From contig OZ219790.1 of assembly GCA_964291215.2 (NCBI GenBank), positions 1,408,001 through 1,472,000 of the forward strand: a stretch of 64,000 bases of DNA, read 5' to 3'. Source of the DNA: Alphaproteobacteria bacterium. Its GTDB lineage: Bacteria > Pseudomonadota > Alphaproteobacteria > MPNO01 > UBA830. The notes below the pieces were generated by a model. The model searched no databases. It saw only the letters and a program-made list of their open reading frames with translations, and was not told the origin of the DNA. Below are positions 44,675-53,995 of this stretch, piece after piece; the stretch's first letter is position 1, and the number at the start of each line of letters is the position of its first letter. A program made the translations under genes and the position numbers.

Positions 44675-45595
44675 TTACGGATTGCGCCAGCGGCCCCCGC
44701 TCGTGGCGATGATGTTGGCGATCACCCGGTCGATGATCCGGCGCACGGCGCGGGACACGTTGGTTTCGAGGTAGTCGGAAGCGCGGGCAAAGTAAAGCGT
44801 ACGCGATACCCGCGGGCGGGCAATGCGCATGGCCGAGAGCCGACCGGCCTCGGCCAGGGACTGGACCGCGGCGAAAGGCAGGATCGTCGCGCCGATGCCG
44901 CCCTCGACGAGTTCGCGCATCGTCGCAACCGAGTTGATCTCGAGACAGATGTCGAGCGACAGGCCGCGTTCCCGCGCCGCCGTCTCGACGGTCTCGCGGA
45001 GCCCGAACCTGGCCTCGGGGAGGATCAGGCGCTCACGGCTGGCCTCGCTGAGGGACACCACCGCTTCGCGCTCCGGCGCCCGCCCCGGGCGCACGAGATA
45101 GAGGTCCTCGACCAGGAGCGGCTCGGCCACGATGCCGCGAGCGGCCGCGGGATTGTAGGTAAAGCCAATGTCAACCGAGTTCTCGTCCAGCCTCTGCATG
45201 ATCTCCTCGCTCATGCCCTCGACGAGCTTGAGGGCGATTTCGGGATGGGTGGCGCGGCACGCGGAGATCACCGGTGTCGCCAGCAGCGCGGTCGCGGTCG
45301 GCGTGATGCCCAGCGCGATCTCGCCCCGCGGCGGGCCGGAAAGGTCGGTGACCTCGTGGCGCGCGCGCTCGACCTGGCGGATGATGGCGACGGCATGCTT
45401 GAGAAGGAGCTCTCCTGCCTCGGTCGGCTCGACCCCCCGCGAATGCCTGACGAGGAGCAGCGTTCCGAGTTCCTCCTCGAGCTTCTTGACCTGGGCCCCG
45501 AGCGCCGGCTGGGCGACACGCAGCCGGTTCGCAGCGCGGGTGAAGCTGCGGGCCTCGACGATTTCCGCGAAATAGCGAAGCTGGCGGATGTCCAT
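44675..45595 (-). CDS. LysR-family regulator (Nac/TcuR-like)
   Basis: MDIRQLRYF..SFTRAA..VAQPALG..LEEELG..RHSRGV. Confidence 0.93.
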   Translation of the reverse strand: MDIRQLRYFAEIVEARSFTRAANRLRVAQPALGAQVKKLEEELGTLLLVRHSRGVEPTEAGELLLKHAVAIIRQVERARHEVTDLSGPPRGEIALGITPTATALLATPVISACRATHPEIALKLVEGMSEEIMQRLDENSVDIGFTYNPAAARGIVAEPLLVEDLYLVRPGRAPEREAVVSLSEASRERLILPEARFGLRETVETAARERGLSLDICLEINSVATMRELVEGGIGATILPFAAVQSLAEAGRLSAMRIARPRVSRTLYFARASDYLETNVSRAVRRIIDRVIANIIATSGGRWRNP

Positions 45596-45638
45596 CCTTG
45601 TCCTTCCATCGCGATTTGCTATATGTTTCGGCCTCATC

Positions 45639-45653
45639 ATACAAAAACGCTAT
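45639..45653. promoter_or_regulatory. LysR/Nac-type box ATA-N9-TAT between the divergent lysR and MFS genes
   Basis: ATAcaaaaacgcTAT. Confidence 0.5.
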
Positions 45654-46148
45654 CTATCGGCCACCCGGTCGCGGGACGGCGTCCGGACGGCAGCGTTGTC
45701 GGAAACCGGGCGCGGCCGGACGCATGGCGACCGGCCACGGGAATTCCGGCGCTTGTGCGGCCCCGAACCGTGTGCAAGCCTTGATCGCGGGAACCGGTGT
45801 GGGCGGGACGGCAGGAGAGACGGGTCGTGACGAGCAGTTCCGCGCTTTTTCCTGCCGGCGCAGATTTTCAGCGGTGAGCGCTCCCCGCGAGGCGGCCGAC
45901 ATCACGCCATTGAACCGGCTGGCTATCTTCGCGGCCGGCTTCTTCAGTCTGAGCCAGATCCCGATGATGACGCTCATCGTGCCGCTGTGGGCGGCCGACA
46001 TCGGCGCCGGCCCGCTGTGGATCGGAATCGCGGTTTCGCTGCGCGCCGCCCTTGCGATGGTCTTTTCGATCCAGGCCGGCGCGCTGATGGACAGGCTCGG
46101 CACTGCCCGGGTCTGCAGCGTTCTCGGCGTGGCCGCCGCGCTGCTCGC

Positions 46149-47850
46149 GTCGGGTAGGCCGCTGGCGCGCGCATCCTTAGGCGGAGGCTTTATCCGTCAC
46201 CGCTCTTTCGATTGCGGGCGGGTTCGCAGAATCGCCATAGACCACGTTTCCAGCAGCCCCCCTAAAATTCCGTACGTCCGGTTTTCCCGGTTCAAGCATC
46301 AGGCACCCACTTGGAGTTCGGTGCGAAGCCTTCCCACGCCATGGTCAAGGTCGGGTAGGCCACTGGCGCGCGCATCCGTAGGCAGAGGCTTTGTCCGTCA
46401 CCGCTCTTTCGATTGCGGGCGGGGTCGCAGTTCTCCCATAGACCACGTTTCCAGCAGCCCCCCTAAAATTCCGTACGTCCGGTTTTCCCGGTTCAAGCAT
46501 CAGGCACCCACTTGGAGTTCGGTGCGGAGCCTTCCGCCGGACACGCCATGGTCAAGGCTGACCCAACCGTACCCACGGCATCTCCGAGCGTTTGCTCCGT
46601 CCTTCGACCTCGCGGCCTTTGTCGGTCGGTGCCAGTTTCTGAGCACTGGCGTTGACCTACCGCGGAACAGGCCACCTGAGCCCTGAGGTCCTCGCTCAGG
46701 ACGGGTTGTGTTGTCCCGCCCGTCAACGCTTAATCAACCTCATCCGCCAGTCAGGAGGACTCCGCGTCCTTTCCCGTTTCCCGGTTATGGACGCGGTCCT
46801 TGACATTCAAGGGTCACTTCATCCTGTCCGTCCTCCTCACCTTCCGATCTTTCACTGCTGTACTGTCCCGGATTGCCGCCGTCTCTACCACCGGGGAACC
46901 CGATGCGTGCTCTCCAGTTCTTCCGCATCGACGCTGGCCATCGGGCAGTCAGCAGGCCCTTGGCATTCCCGTTTACCCCACTAATCAGCTTCGTGTGGGA
47001 TGGTTATTTCGGGGCTTCATCCAATCGTTCGCTTTCGCTGCGGCCCTCCGGTTTGCTCGCCGCCCTGGCTGACCGAACCGGCTGGACACTGTGTTCCAGC
47101 CAGCCCACAACGGCTTTCTACGTCCCAGCTCGCTGATCCAGGGTCACCCCTGAACCAATGCTACGGCGCCAAACTGGAAATTGCGCCGGCGGGACTCGCA
47201 CCCGCAAGTACAGCATCTAGACTCGCTGCACGCTGACCCAACCATACCCACGGCATCTCCGAGCGTTTGCTCCGTCCTTCGGCCTTGCAGTCTGTCGGTC
47301 TGCGTACCGGCTTGACCTGCCGCATAGGCTACCTGAGCCCTGAGGTCCTCGCTCGGGACGGGTTGTGTTGTCCCGCCCCTTAGGCGACCTCATCCGCCAG
47401 TCAGGAGGACTCCGTGTCCTTTCCCGTCTCCCGGTTATAGACGCGGTCCTTGACGGGTCTCTTCATCCTGTCTGTCCTCCTCACCTTCCGGTCTTTCACT
47501 GCTGATCTGTCCCGAATTGCCGCCGTCTGTACCCCGGGGAACCCGATGCGTGTTCCTCAGTTCTTCCGCATCGACACTGGCCATCGGGTAGCAACCTTGG
47601 CGTTCGCCGTCTATCCCACAATCAGCTTCGTGTGGGTGGGGAATTTCGGGGCTTCCCGTTCGCTTTCGCCCTCCGGTTTGCTCGCCGCCCTGGCTGACCG
47701 GACCGGCTGGACATTGCGTTCCAGCCAGCCCACGACGGCTTTCTACGTCCCAGCTCGCTGATCCAGGGTCGCCCCTGAACCAATGCTACGGCGCCAAACT
47801 GAGAATTGCGGGACTTTCACCCGCAAGATCAGCAGCTAGACTCGCTGCAC
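46149..47850 (-). mobile_element. ORF-less group II intron, outer member of a twintron (46149-46349 plus 47232-47850, 820 nt)
   Basis: The minus strand begins GTGCAGCG and ends CCTACCCGAC. It has a DV/DVI-like gggaaaaccggacgtacggaattttagggggg, a precise insertion with no TSD and no RT ORF. Confidence 0.85.
46350..47231 (-). mobile_element. ORF-less group II intron, inner member of a twintron (882 nt)
   Basis: Same termini as the outer copy and colinear homology with it. It is inserted precisely at atggtcaag|gctgaccc. Confidence 0.87.
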
Positions 47851-48888
47851 GCTCGCCTATCCCCTGTGGCCCTCGATCAGCGGCCTGCTGCTGTTGCAGA
47901 CCCTCCTCGGCTTCCTGCACGTCACGTGCTGGATCGGCGCCCAGGCCATGATCGGCACCCTCGCCGGCGGCAACCCGGGGACCATGGGCCGCTTCACCTT
48001 CGTCACCACGCTCGGCACCTTCCTCGGCCCCCTCCTGGTCGGGCTGGTCTGGGAGTTTCTCGGACCGTGGGGCGCCTTCACGCTAGTGTCAGGCTGGTCG
48101 CTCGCCTTCGCCCTGACCGCAGCCGCGACCCCGCGCGCTGGCGGCGCCGCGTCCCGCGCGTCTGTCCGACCCGCGGACCTGGCCCCGAAATGGGCCGACT
48201 ACGCGGCCGGCTTCGGGCTTCTGCGGTCGCCGATCATCGCCTGCTTCATGGTGATCTCCGCCGCGCTTGCCGCCACCTACGCCATGCGCCACACCTTTCT
48301 TTCGGCCTTTCTCGACGGGATCGCGTTTCAGGGCACCGAGATCGGCATCATCTTCGGCTCAATGGCCCTTTCGGGCGGCATCGCGGGCCTGACAGTCGGC
48401 TATCTGTCGCGTTATGTCCGGCCGCACTGGCTCACGATAGCGGCGACCGTGCTCGGTGCCCTGAGTTTCTCGACCCTGCCCCTGTTTACGGGATTCTGGG
48501 CGCTGCTGGCCGTGTCCCTGGCAACCGGAATCTGCACGGGACTGGCCTTCCCGCTGGTCCTGTCGATCCTGACCCGGGAAATATCCATCGGCGACCAGGG
48601 GCTCAGCGCCGGACTGCGGTCCACGACCAACAGGACGGCATCGCTGACGATTCCGGTGATCATGGGGGCGGTGATCGCCGCCACCGACATAGCGTTTGGT
48701 TTCTTCGTCATGGGCGCCGTCGTCATATGCATCGTCGCGGCGCCGGTGCCGTTTCTCGTGCGCGCGCTCAGGCGCGCGAGCCATTCCTGAGACAGGACGC
48801 GCCGCTGGCGGCAGCACCCGCCGTTGACGTTTCGCCGGCACCCGACTAGCCTTCGGCTATCGCGTTCCAGGCGGCAGGGAGCACGGTC

Positions 48889-49701
48889 ATGAAGCTAAAC
48901 CGCGACCAGATCGACCGGTTCCACGAGACCGGTTATCTGATGCTGCAGAACCTGTTCTCGGAGGCCGAGGCGCAGATCCTCCGCCAGGCAGCTGCCGAGG
49001 TCTACGCCATGGACCGCGAGGAGGTGCTGTGCGAGAGGGACGGCGTGTCGCCGCGCACCGCCTTTGCGGCGCATTGCTACCATGACGCCTTCCGGCGGCT
49101 CGGTCGCCATCCACGCCTGATCGAGCCGGTCATGCAGATCCTCGAAGGGCACGTCTACATGCATCAGTACAAGGTCAACGCCAAGGTGGCTTTCGACGGC
49201 GATGTCTGGCAATGGCACCAGGACTACGGCACTTGGTCGCGCGACGACCTGATGCCTGAAGCGCGGGCAATGAACATCGCGCTGTTCGTCGACGACGTCA
49301 CAGAATTCAACGGCCCCCTGTGGATCATACCAGGCTCGCACCGCGAGGGCGTTTTCGATGCCGGCCACGACCTCAAGACCACCAGCTACCCGCTGTGGAC
49401 GCTGGACAAGGCCACGGTCACCACACTGGCGGAACGGGGCGGCATCTTTTCGGCCAAGGGCAACGCCGGCAGCGTGCTGATGTTCCACAGCAACGTCGTG
49501 CACGCGTCTTCACCCAACCTGTCGCCCTGGGGGCGGACGATCGTCTATCTCTCGCTGTGCCATGTGGACAACCACATCCGGCGCTTCAAGAGGCCGGAAT
49601 GGATCGCGCATCGCGATTTCGCGCCCATCGAGGCGCTTCCGGACGATTGCCTGACCGCGCCGGCACCGACACAAGCGGGGGCAGCGGAACGGGTGGCGTG
49701 A
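48889..49701 (+). CDS. PhyH-family Fe(II)/2-oxoglutarate dioxygenase (ectoine/proline hydroxylase-like)
   Basis: WQWHQDY (HxD), NGPL..IPGSH, FHSNVVHAS. Confidence 0.9.
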   Translation: MKLNRDQIDRFHETGYLMLQNLFSEAEAQILRQAAAEVYAMDREEVLCERDGVSPRTAFAAHCYHDAFRRLGRHPRLIEPVMQILEGHVYMHQYKVNAKVAFDGDVWQWHQDYGTWSRDDLMPEARAMNIALFVDDVTEFNGPLWIIPGSHREGVFDAGHDLKTTSYPLWTLDKATVTTLAERGGIFSAKGNAGSVLMFHSNVVHASSPNLSPWGRTIVYLSLCHVDNHIRRFKRPEWIAHRDFAPIEALPDDCLTAPAPTQAGAAERVA

Positions 49702-51089
49702 ACCTTCACCGCCTCCTGCTCGACCGCCAGGTTCTGGACGATCCCGTCCGGATCGGAATTGTCGGCTGCGGCAAGTTCGCCTCGATGTTCCTGGCCCAGG
49801 CAATCCGCACGCCGGGCATCCATGTCGCCGCCATCGCAGATCTTAACCCGGAGGCCGCACGGCACAGGCTGACGCGCATCGGCTGGCCGGCCGAACGCCA
49901 TGCGGCGGCGAACTGCGCCGCGGCGCTGCACTCCGGTGGCACCTGGGTTACGGAAGATGTCGAAGCGCTGTTCGCCGAAGACTCGATCGAGCTCGTGATC
50001 GACGCCACCGGCGATCCGGCCTCCGGCGTGCAGCATGTCCTGCTGGCCTGCCGCCACGGCACGTCGATCATCATGGTCAATGTCGAGGCTGACGCGCTGG
50101 CCGGGCCGCTGCTGGCACAGAAGGCGCGCGAAGCCGGCATCGTCTATTCGCTGGCCTATGGCGATCAGCCGGCCCTGATCTGCGACCTTGTCGACTGGGC
50201 GCGAACCAGCGGGTTCGAGGTCACCGCCGCCGGCCGCGGCCACAAATGGCTGCCCGAATACCAGTTCTACACCCCGGACAATGTCTGGGACGGTTACGGC
50301 CTGACGCCGCAACAGGCCGAACAGGGCGGCCTCAACCCGAAGATGTTCACGTCCTTCCTCGACGGCACCAAGCCGGCGATCGAGAGCACAGCGGTCGCCA
50401 ACGCCACCGGGCTCACGCCGGCGCCCGACGGGCTTGGCTATCCACCCGCCAGCATTGACCAGCTGCCGAACGTCTGCCGGCTGCGGTCCGAAGGCGGCGC
50501 GCTCGACCACAAGGGGCAGGTGGAGGTCGTCTCGTCGCTGCGGCGCGACGGCCGGCCGCTCGATTACGACATCCGGTTCGGCGTTTTCGTCGCGTTCGAG
50601 GCGAACTCAGACTACATCGCCCGGTGCTTCGAGGAATACGGCCTGCAGACCGACGACAGCGGCCGTCATGCCGCCATGTACAAGCGCTGGCACCTGATCG
50701 GGCTGGAGCTCGGCGTCAGCGTCGCCAGCGTGGCGCTCCGCCGCGAACCGACGGGCGTAGCGACCGGCTGGCGGGCCGACGCCGTGGCAGTCGCCAAGCG
50801 CGATCTGCAGGCGGGCGAGATGCTCGACGGCGAGGGCGGCTACACGGTTTCGGGCAAGCTGATGCCGGCCGCGCGCTCACTGGCGGAAAGCGCCTTGCCC
50901 ATGGGCCTCACCCATCAGGTTCGCCTGGTCAACCCGCTCGCGAAGGGACAGCTTGTCCGGTGGTCCGATGCGGCGGCAGACTCCACGCATCCGGCCGTGC
51001 AACTTCGCCGGGAGATGGAAGACCTCAACCGAGCTGCACTGCTCCAAACCATCGACAGCGCTCCTGTCAACCTTCTCCTGAGGTCTTGA
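49698..51089 (+). CDS. Homoserine-dehydrogenase-like NAD(P) oxidoreductase with a C-terminal SAF domain
   Basis: GIVGCGKF, NVEAD, YGDQP, SFLDGTK, AKRDL..GEMLDGEGGY; GTGA overlap with phyH. Confidence 0.88.
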   Translation: MNLHRLLLDRQVLDDPVRIGIVGCGKFASMFLAQAIRTPGIHVAAIADLNPEAARHRLTRIGWPAERHAAANCAAALHSGGTWVTEDVEALFAEDSIELVIDATGDPASGVQHVLLACRHGTSIIMVNVEADALAGPLLAQKAREAGIVYSLAYGDQPALICDLVDWARTSGFEVTAAGRGHKWLPEYQFYTPDNVWDGYGLTPQQAEQGGLNPKMFTSFLDGTKPAIESTAVANATGLTPAPDGLGYPPASIDQLPNVCRLRSEGGALDHKGQVEVVSSLRRDGRPLDYDIRFGVFVAFEANSDYIARCFEEYGLQTDDSGRHAAMYKRWHLIGLELGVSVASVALRREPTGVATGWRADAVAVAKRDLQAGEMLDGEGGYTVSGKLMPAARSLAESALPMGLTHQVRLVNPLAKGQLVRWSDAAADSTHPAVQLRREMEDLNRAALLQTIDSAPVNLLLRS

Positions 51090-51153
51090 CGGCAGCCCGC
51101 CGACACCATAATTCGCATGCTATCGAGTGTCGTATTTTTGCAAGTTGGCAAAC

Positions 51154-51570
51154 ATGACATCACCACGGTCCCAGCCTTTGGAAAAGCGGATCGCCCGGCG
51201 CATTGCGCGCAAGAAGGCCAGCGTCTTTCTGTGCCATGACTTCGAGGATCTTGGCAGTTACGACCAAGTAGGTCACGCGCTGAAACGCCTTATCGCCAAG
51301 GGCCGCCTCGTCAAGATCGGTTATGGCCTGTACGCCCGCACCATCATTTTACCCGTATCCGGCCGGACTGTCGTCGCCAAGCCCCTTCCCTTGCTTACGC
51401 TTGAAGCTCTGGAGCGACTTGATGTGCAAGCCATGCCATCCACATTTGCCCAGGCCAATAGTGCAGGCACCAGAATCCAAGTCCCGCCCGGACGCGTGAT
51501 CGCGGTCCGGAGCCGTATCTCCCGCAAGATCGGCTACCACGGAAAATACGTCTCCTTTGAGCACCTCCCC
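51154..51570 (+). CDS. AbiEi/DUF6088-like type IV antitoxin (3' end disturbed)
   Basis: VFL..DFEDLGSYDQVGHALKRLIAKGRLVKIGYGLYAR; precedes an AbiEii relic. Confidence 0.7.
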
Positions 51571-52127
51571 CAGTCAAGAGCTTCTTTAGGCGGTCGCCCC
51601 GGAGTTCGCCGTCGACCCGTACTTCGTCGAAAAAGATTGGCACGCCACCCAAATTATCGCCAGCATAACCACGCGGGGTTCCGCCACACCAGCGCTCGTC
51701 TTCTCGGGTAGCACGAGCCTGTCGAAAGGTTACGGTCTCGTACAGCGCTTCTCCGAAGACCTCGACTTCAAGCTCCTGCTGCCGGACTCCGGTATCGATC
51801 GCGATGCTCGCCGCAGCTATCGCGCTGCGGTCAAGGATGCGATTCGGGCCGGTGGAGCCTGAATACTATCGGAAGACGGCATAGCCGTCGGCGACGAAGG
51901 GCAATTCCTTCGCTGGCGACATAGCATATTCTCCGATGTATACGCCCTCTCAACCACTGCGTACAAGCATCAGGCTGGAAATAACCTTGAAGCCTCCGGC
52001 CCTCCGTCCGGAGCAAAGGCCTTTGCGTTCATTGGTGGCCCAGGCGCATGACCATCCCCCGGAAATCCCCGAAATCCATTGCGTCGTACCGGCGGAAACT
52101 GCTGCCGACAAACTCAGCGCCCTGACG
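51570..52127 (+). pseudogene. AbiEii/AbiGii nucleotidyltransferase toxin with a stop, frameshifts and truncation
   Basis: YFVEKDW, FSGSTSLSKGYGLVQRFSEDLDF, IRLE, ETAADKLSAL. Confidence 0.85.
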
Positions 52128-53255
52128 ATGTCGAAGGTTTCGGGCGCCCTTGACCGGGAAGACGTGGTCAGCGCCGCAGCGCCGGGTGATCAGCGTCGCC
52201 GGCGTCGTGCGGGTGATCACCTTGCCGCGAACATCGGTGCGCTCAAGGAGGTGGCCGCCAGCTCGCCGTCGTCGAAGTTCAACAGCGCGAAGGATGCGCC
52301 GGAGGCGTGAGGGCCACGGTCTCGTGGTGGCCGCCACGGATGCGCTTGCCGTCGGCGGCAAGCGCCCGGGCGAGCCCGTGGCCGAGCATGTCCTCGAGCG
52401 CCTCGGGGTCGATCGACCGGACGACCCGGTGAAGGGTCGCCCCGGAGGGCGGCTCGCGCAGCTCCGTCCTCGGGTTCCGCCGATGGCCTCGAGTTCGTCC
52501 CGGGACAGCGACCGCGCAAACTGCGCAGCTGCCTTTCATGTTCGCAAGCTCGGCGAGAACGTGAGCACACCGTGTGCTTCCTGCGCGGCGGAAGTCCTCG
52601 ATCGCCGCCAGCTCGTCGTGCAGCGAACGCATCACCTCGGAACCCCGGGGAGCGAGGAGGCAGGCCACCGCAGCGCCTGCGACAGCAGCCGTCGCGCCGC
52701 ACAACGAAAATCTCCTTGCCATGGGGATCGGTGCAGCACCCGCGGGCACCCCCCCTGGCACGCCAGCCCGCCGCCTTGTGCCCGCAAAACGCGCCGGATC
52801 GCAGAACATCTCCGCCACCTGGTGGCCGCAGGCCCAGTCGTCGGCCAGCCGCCGCGTCGCAAGAAAGAAGAAGGCGAGGTTCGGAAACGTTCCCGGCGCC
52901 GCAAGCAGTCGCGTGTTGTCAGATCAAGCCACTGCTGCTCCGGCTTCCAGCCACCGGTCGCGGCACTTGAAGGCCCCGGCCAGACCACTGCCCCCTGAAG
53001 GACGCAACATGGCGCAGCCCCGCCAGACGGCGAAACCCGAGATAGTCGTCCATCAACGCAGCGGACGCTCCTCAGGCTTCGCGAACCTCGGACAGACCCT
53101 TCCGGAGCTGCGACGTGAATCGGACAGGACGCGATGTGCTTGTGAACCGACATCCCCGCACCGTGACAACTCCAGTGCAGGAAAGCCAGCGAAAACTGCA
53201 AAAAAATCCCCTCGCACCAACCCGCGCTCCTGCAAAATCGAAGTACTGCCTTGAA
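52128..53255 (-). mobile_element. Degraded ISAs1-family transposase with an N-terminal DUF4338-like region
   Basis: Fragments AFKCRDRW..WKPEQQ..FPNLA..FCDPARFAG (DUF4338-like), IEDFRR, PPSGATLHRV..IDPEALE, ALAADGKRIRG. Confidence 0.65.
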
Positions 53256-53298
53256 AAATCAAACAGAATTTAGCACAAGATCAAATTGACCCGAGCCG

Positions 53299-53491
53299 CA
53301 GGACTTTGCCACGCTGTAGCTGATGTTTTGAATGACCGCGGAACGGGGCACAAATTTTCGCATCCTGTCGGGTTTTCTGGCTGCGGGGCTGTCTGCGGAT
53401 CGTCGCAGCTGGAAAATTGGGCCGGGTTGGGCCTGTGCAACCTCCATCCATCAGCAGTCGGCAAGATCGAATGCAGCGTGGGAGAGTCCTG
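53299..53491. mobile_element. 193-bp MITE
   Basis: TIRs caggactttgccacgctgta / caggactctcccacgctgca; flanking direct repeat acccgagcc(g/c). Confidence 0.8.
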
Positions 53492-53995
53492 ACCCGAGCC
53501 CCAGAAGCAGCTGGCACAGCCCGCTCGTCGCCTTCGATCCAAAGTAGCCCACCGGCGGTCCCCGTCGCTCTTGATGACCACCACTAACGAATCCGTCTAC
53601 AGTGTCAAATCTCCACGAAAACCCGTTCGTTGCTCTACCCCGATATCAAGCCGGAACCAGGGGGTGAGCAGTTACGCCGCCCCAACAGAACTCACCATGT
53701 TTCTGGCGCGACTTCCTATACCTCCGGAGTCCGGCACACACACCCATGCTTATGCTACGCGTGCCAACCAAGGCAGCCTGTTCGGGTCGGGCCAGCCCGA
53801 CCGAGCCCGCAGAAGTACTGCGATTGTCCCGACCCTCAACCGAAATCGATGCACGATCATCGCATCAGGCCGATTGTCTGACTTACTTGACCAGACCTGA
53901 GACTTTCGCGCCAATCAGAATGAGGCGGGGGAAGGCACCGTTTCGTGATATGGTTTTGAGTTGACCCCCTGCCCGCGCCCGGCACTTCTCCGGGT

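Larger units (their letters stand above)
45874..48790 (+). pseudogene. MFS transporter split by the intron insertion at 46149-47850
   Basis: Joining 46148 to 47851 gives an in-frame ...GALMDRLG...AAALLALAYPLWPSISGLLLLQTLLG...; the start is approximate. Confidence 0.88.

Noticed and set aside
46149-46556. Roughly 200-bp near-tandem repeat as a DGR TR/VR pair, a CRISPR array or a repeat protein (ORF 45598-46686)
   Set aside because: It is explained by the two adjacent intron 3' ends. There is no RT, the mismatches are not adenine-specific and there are no spacers.
53502-53990. Possible further IS relic or small ORFs
   Set aside because: No paired TIRs or transposase motifs could be identified with confidence.
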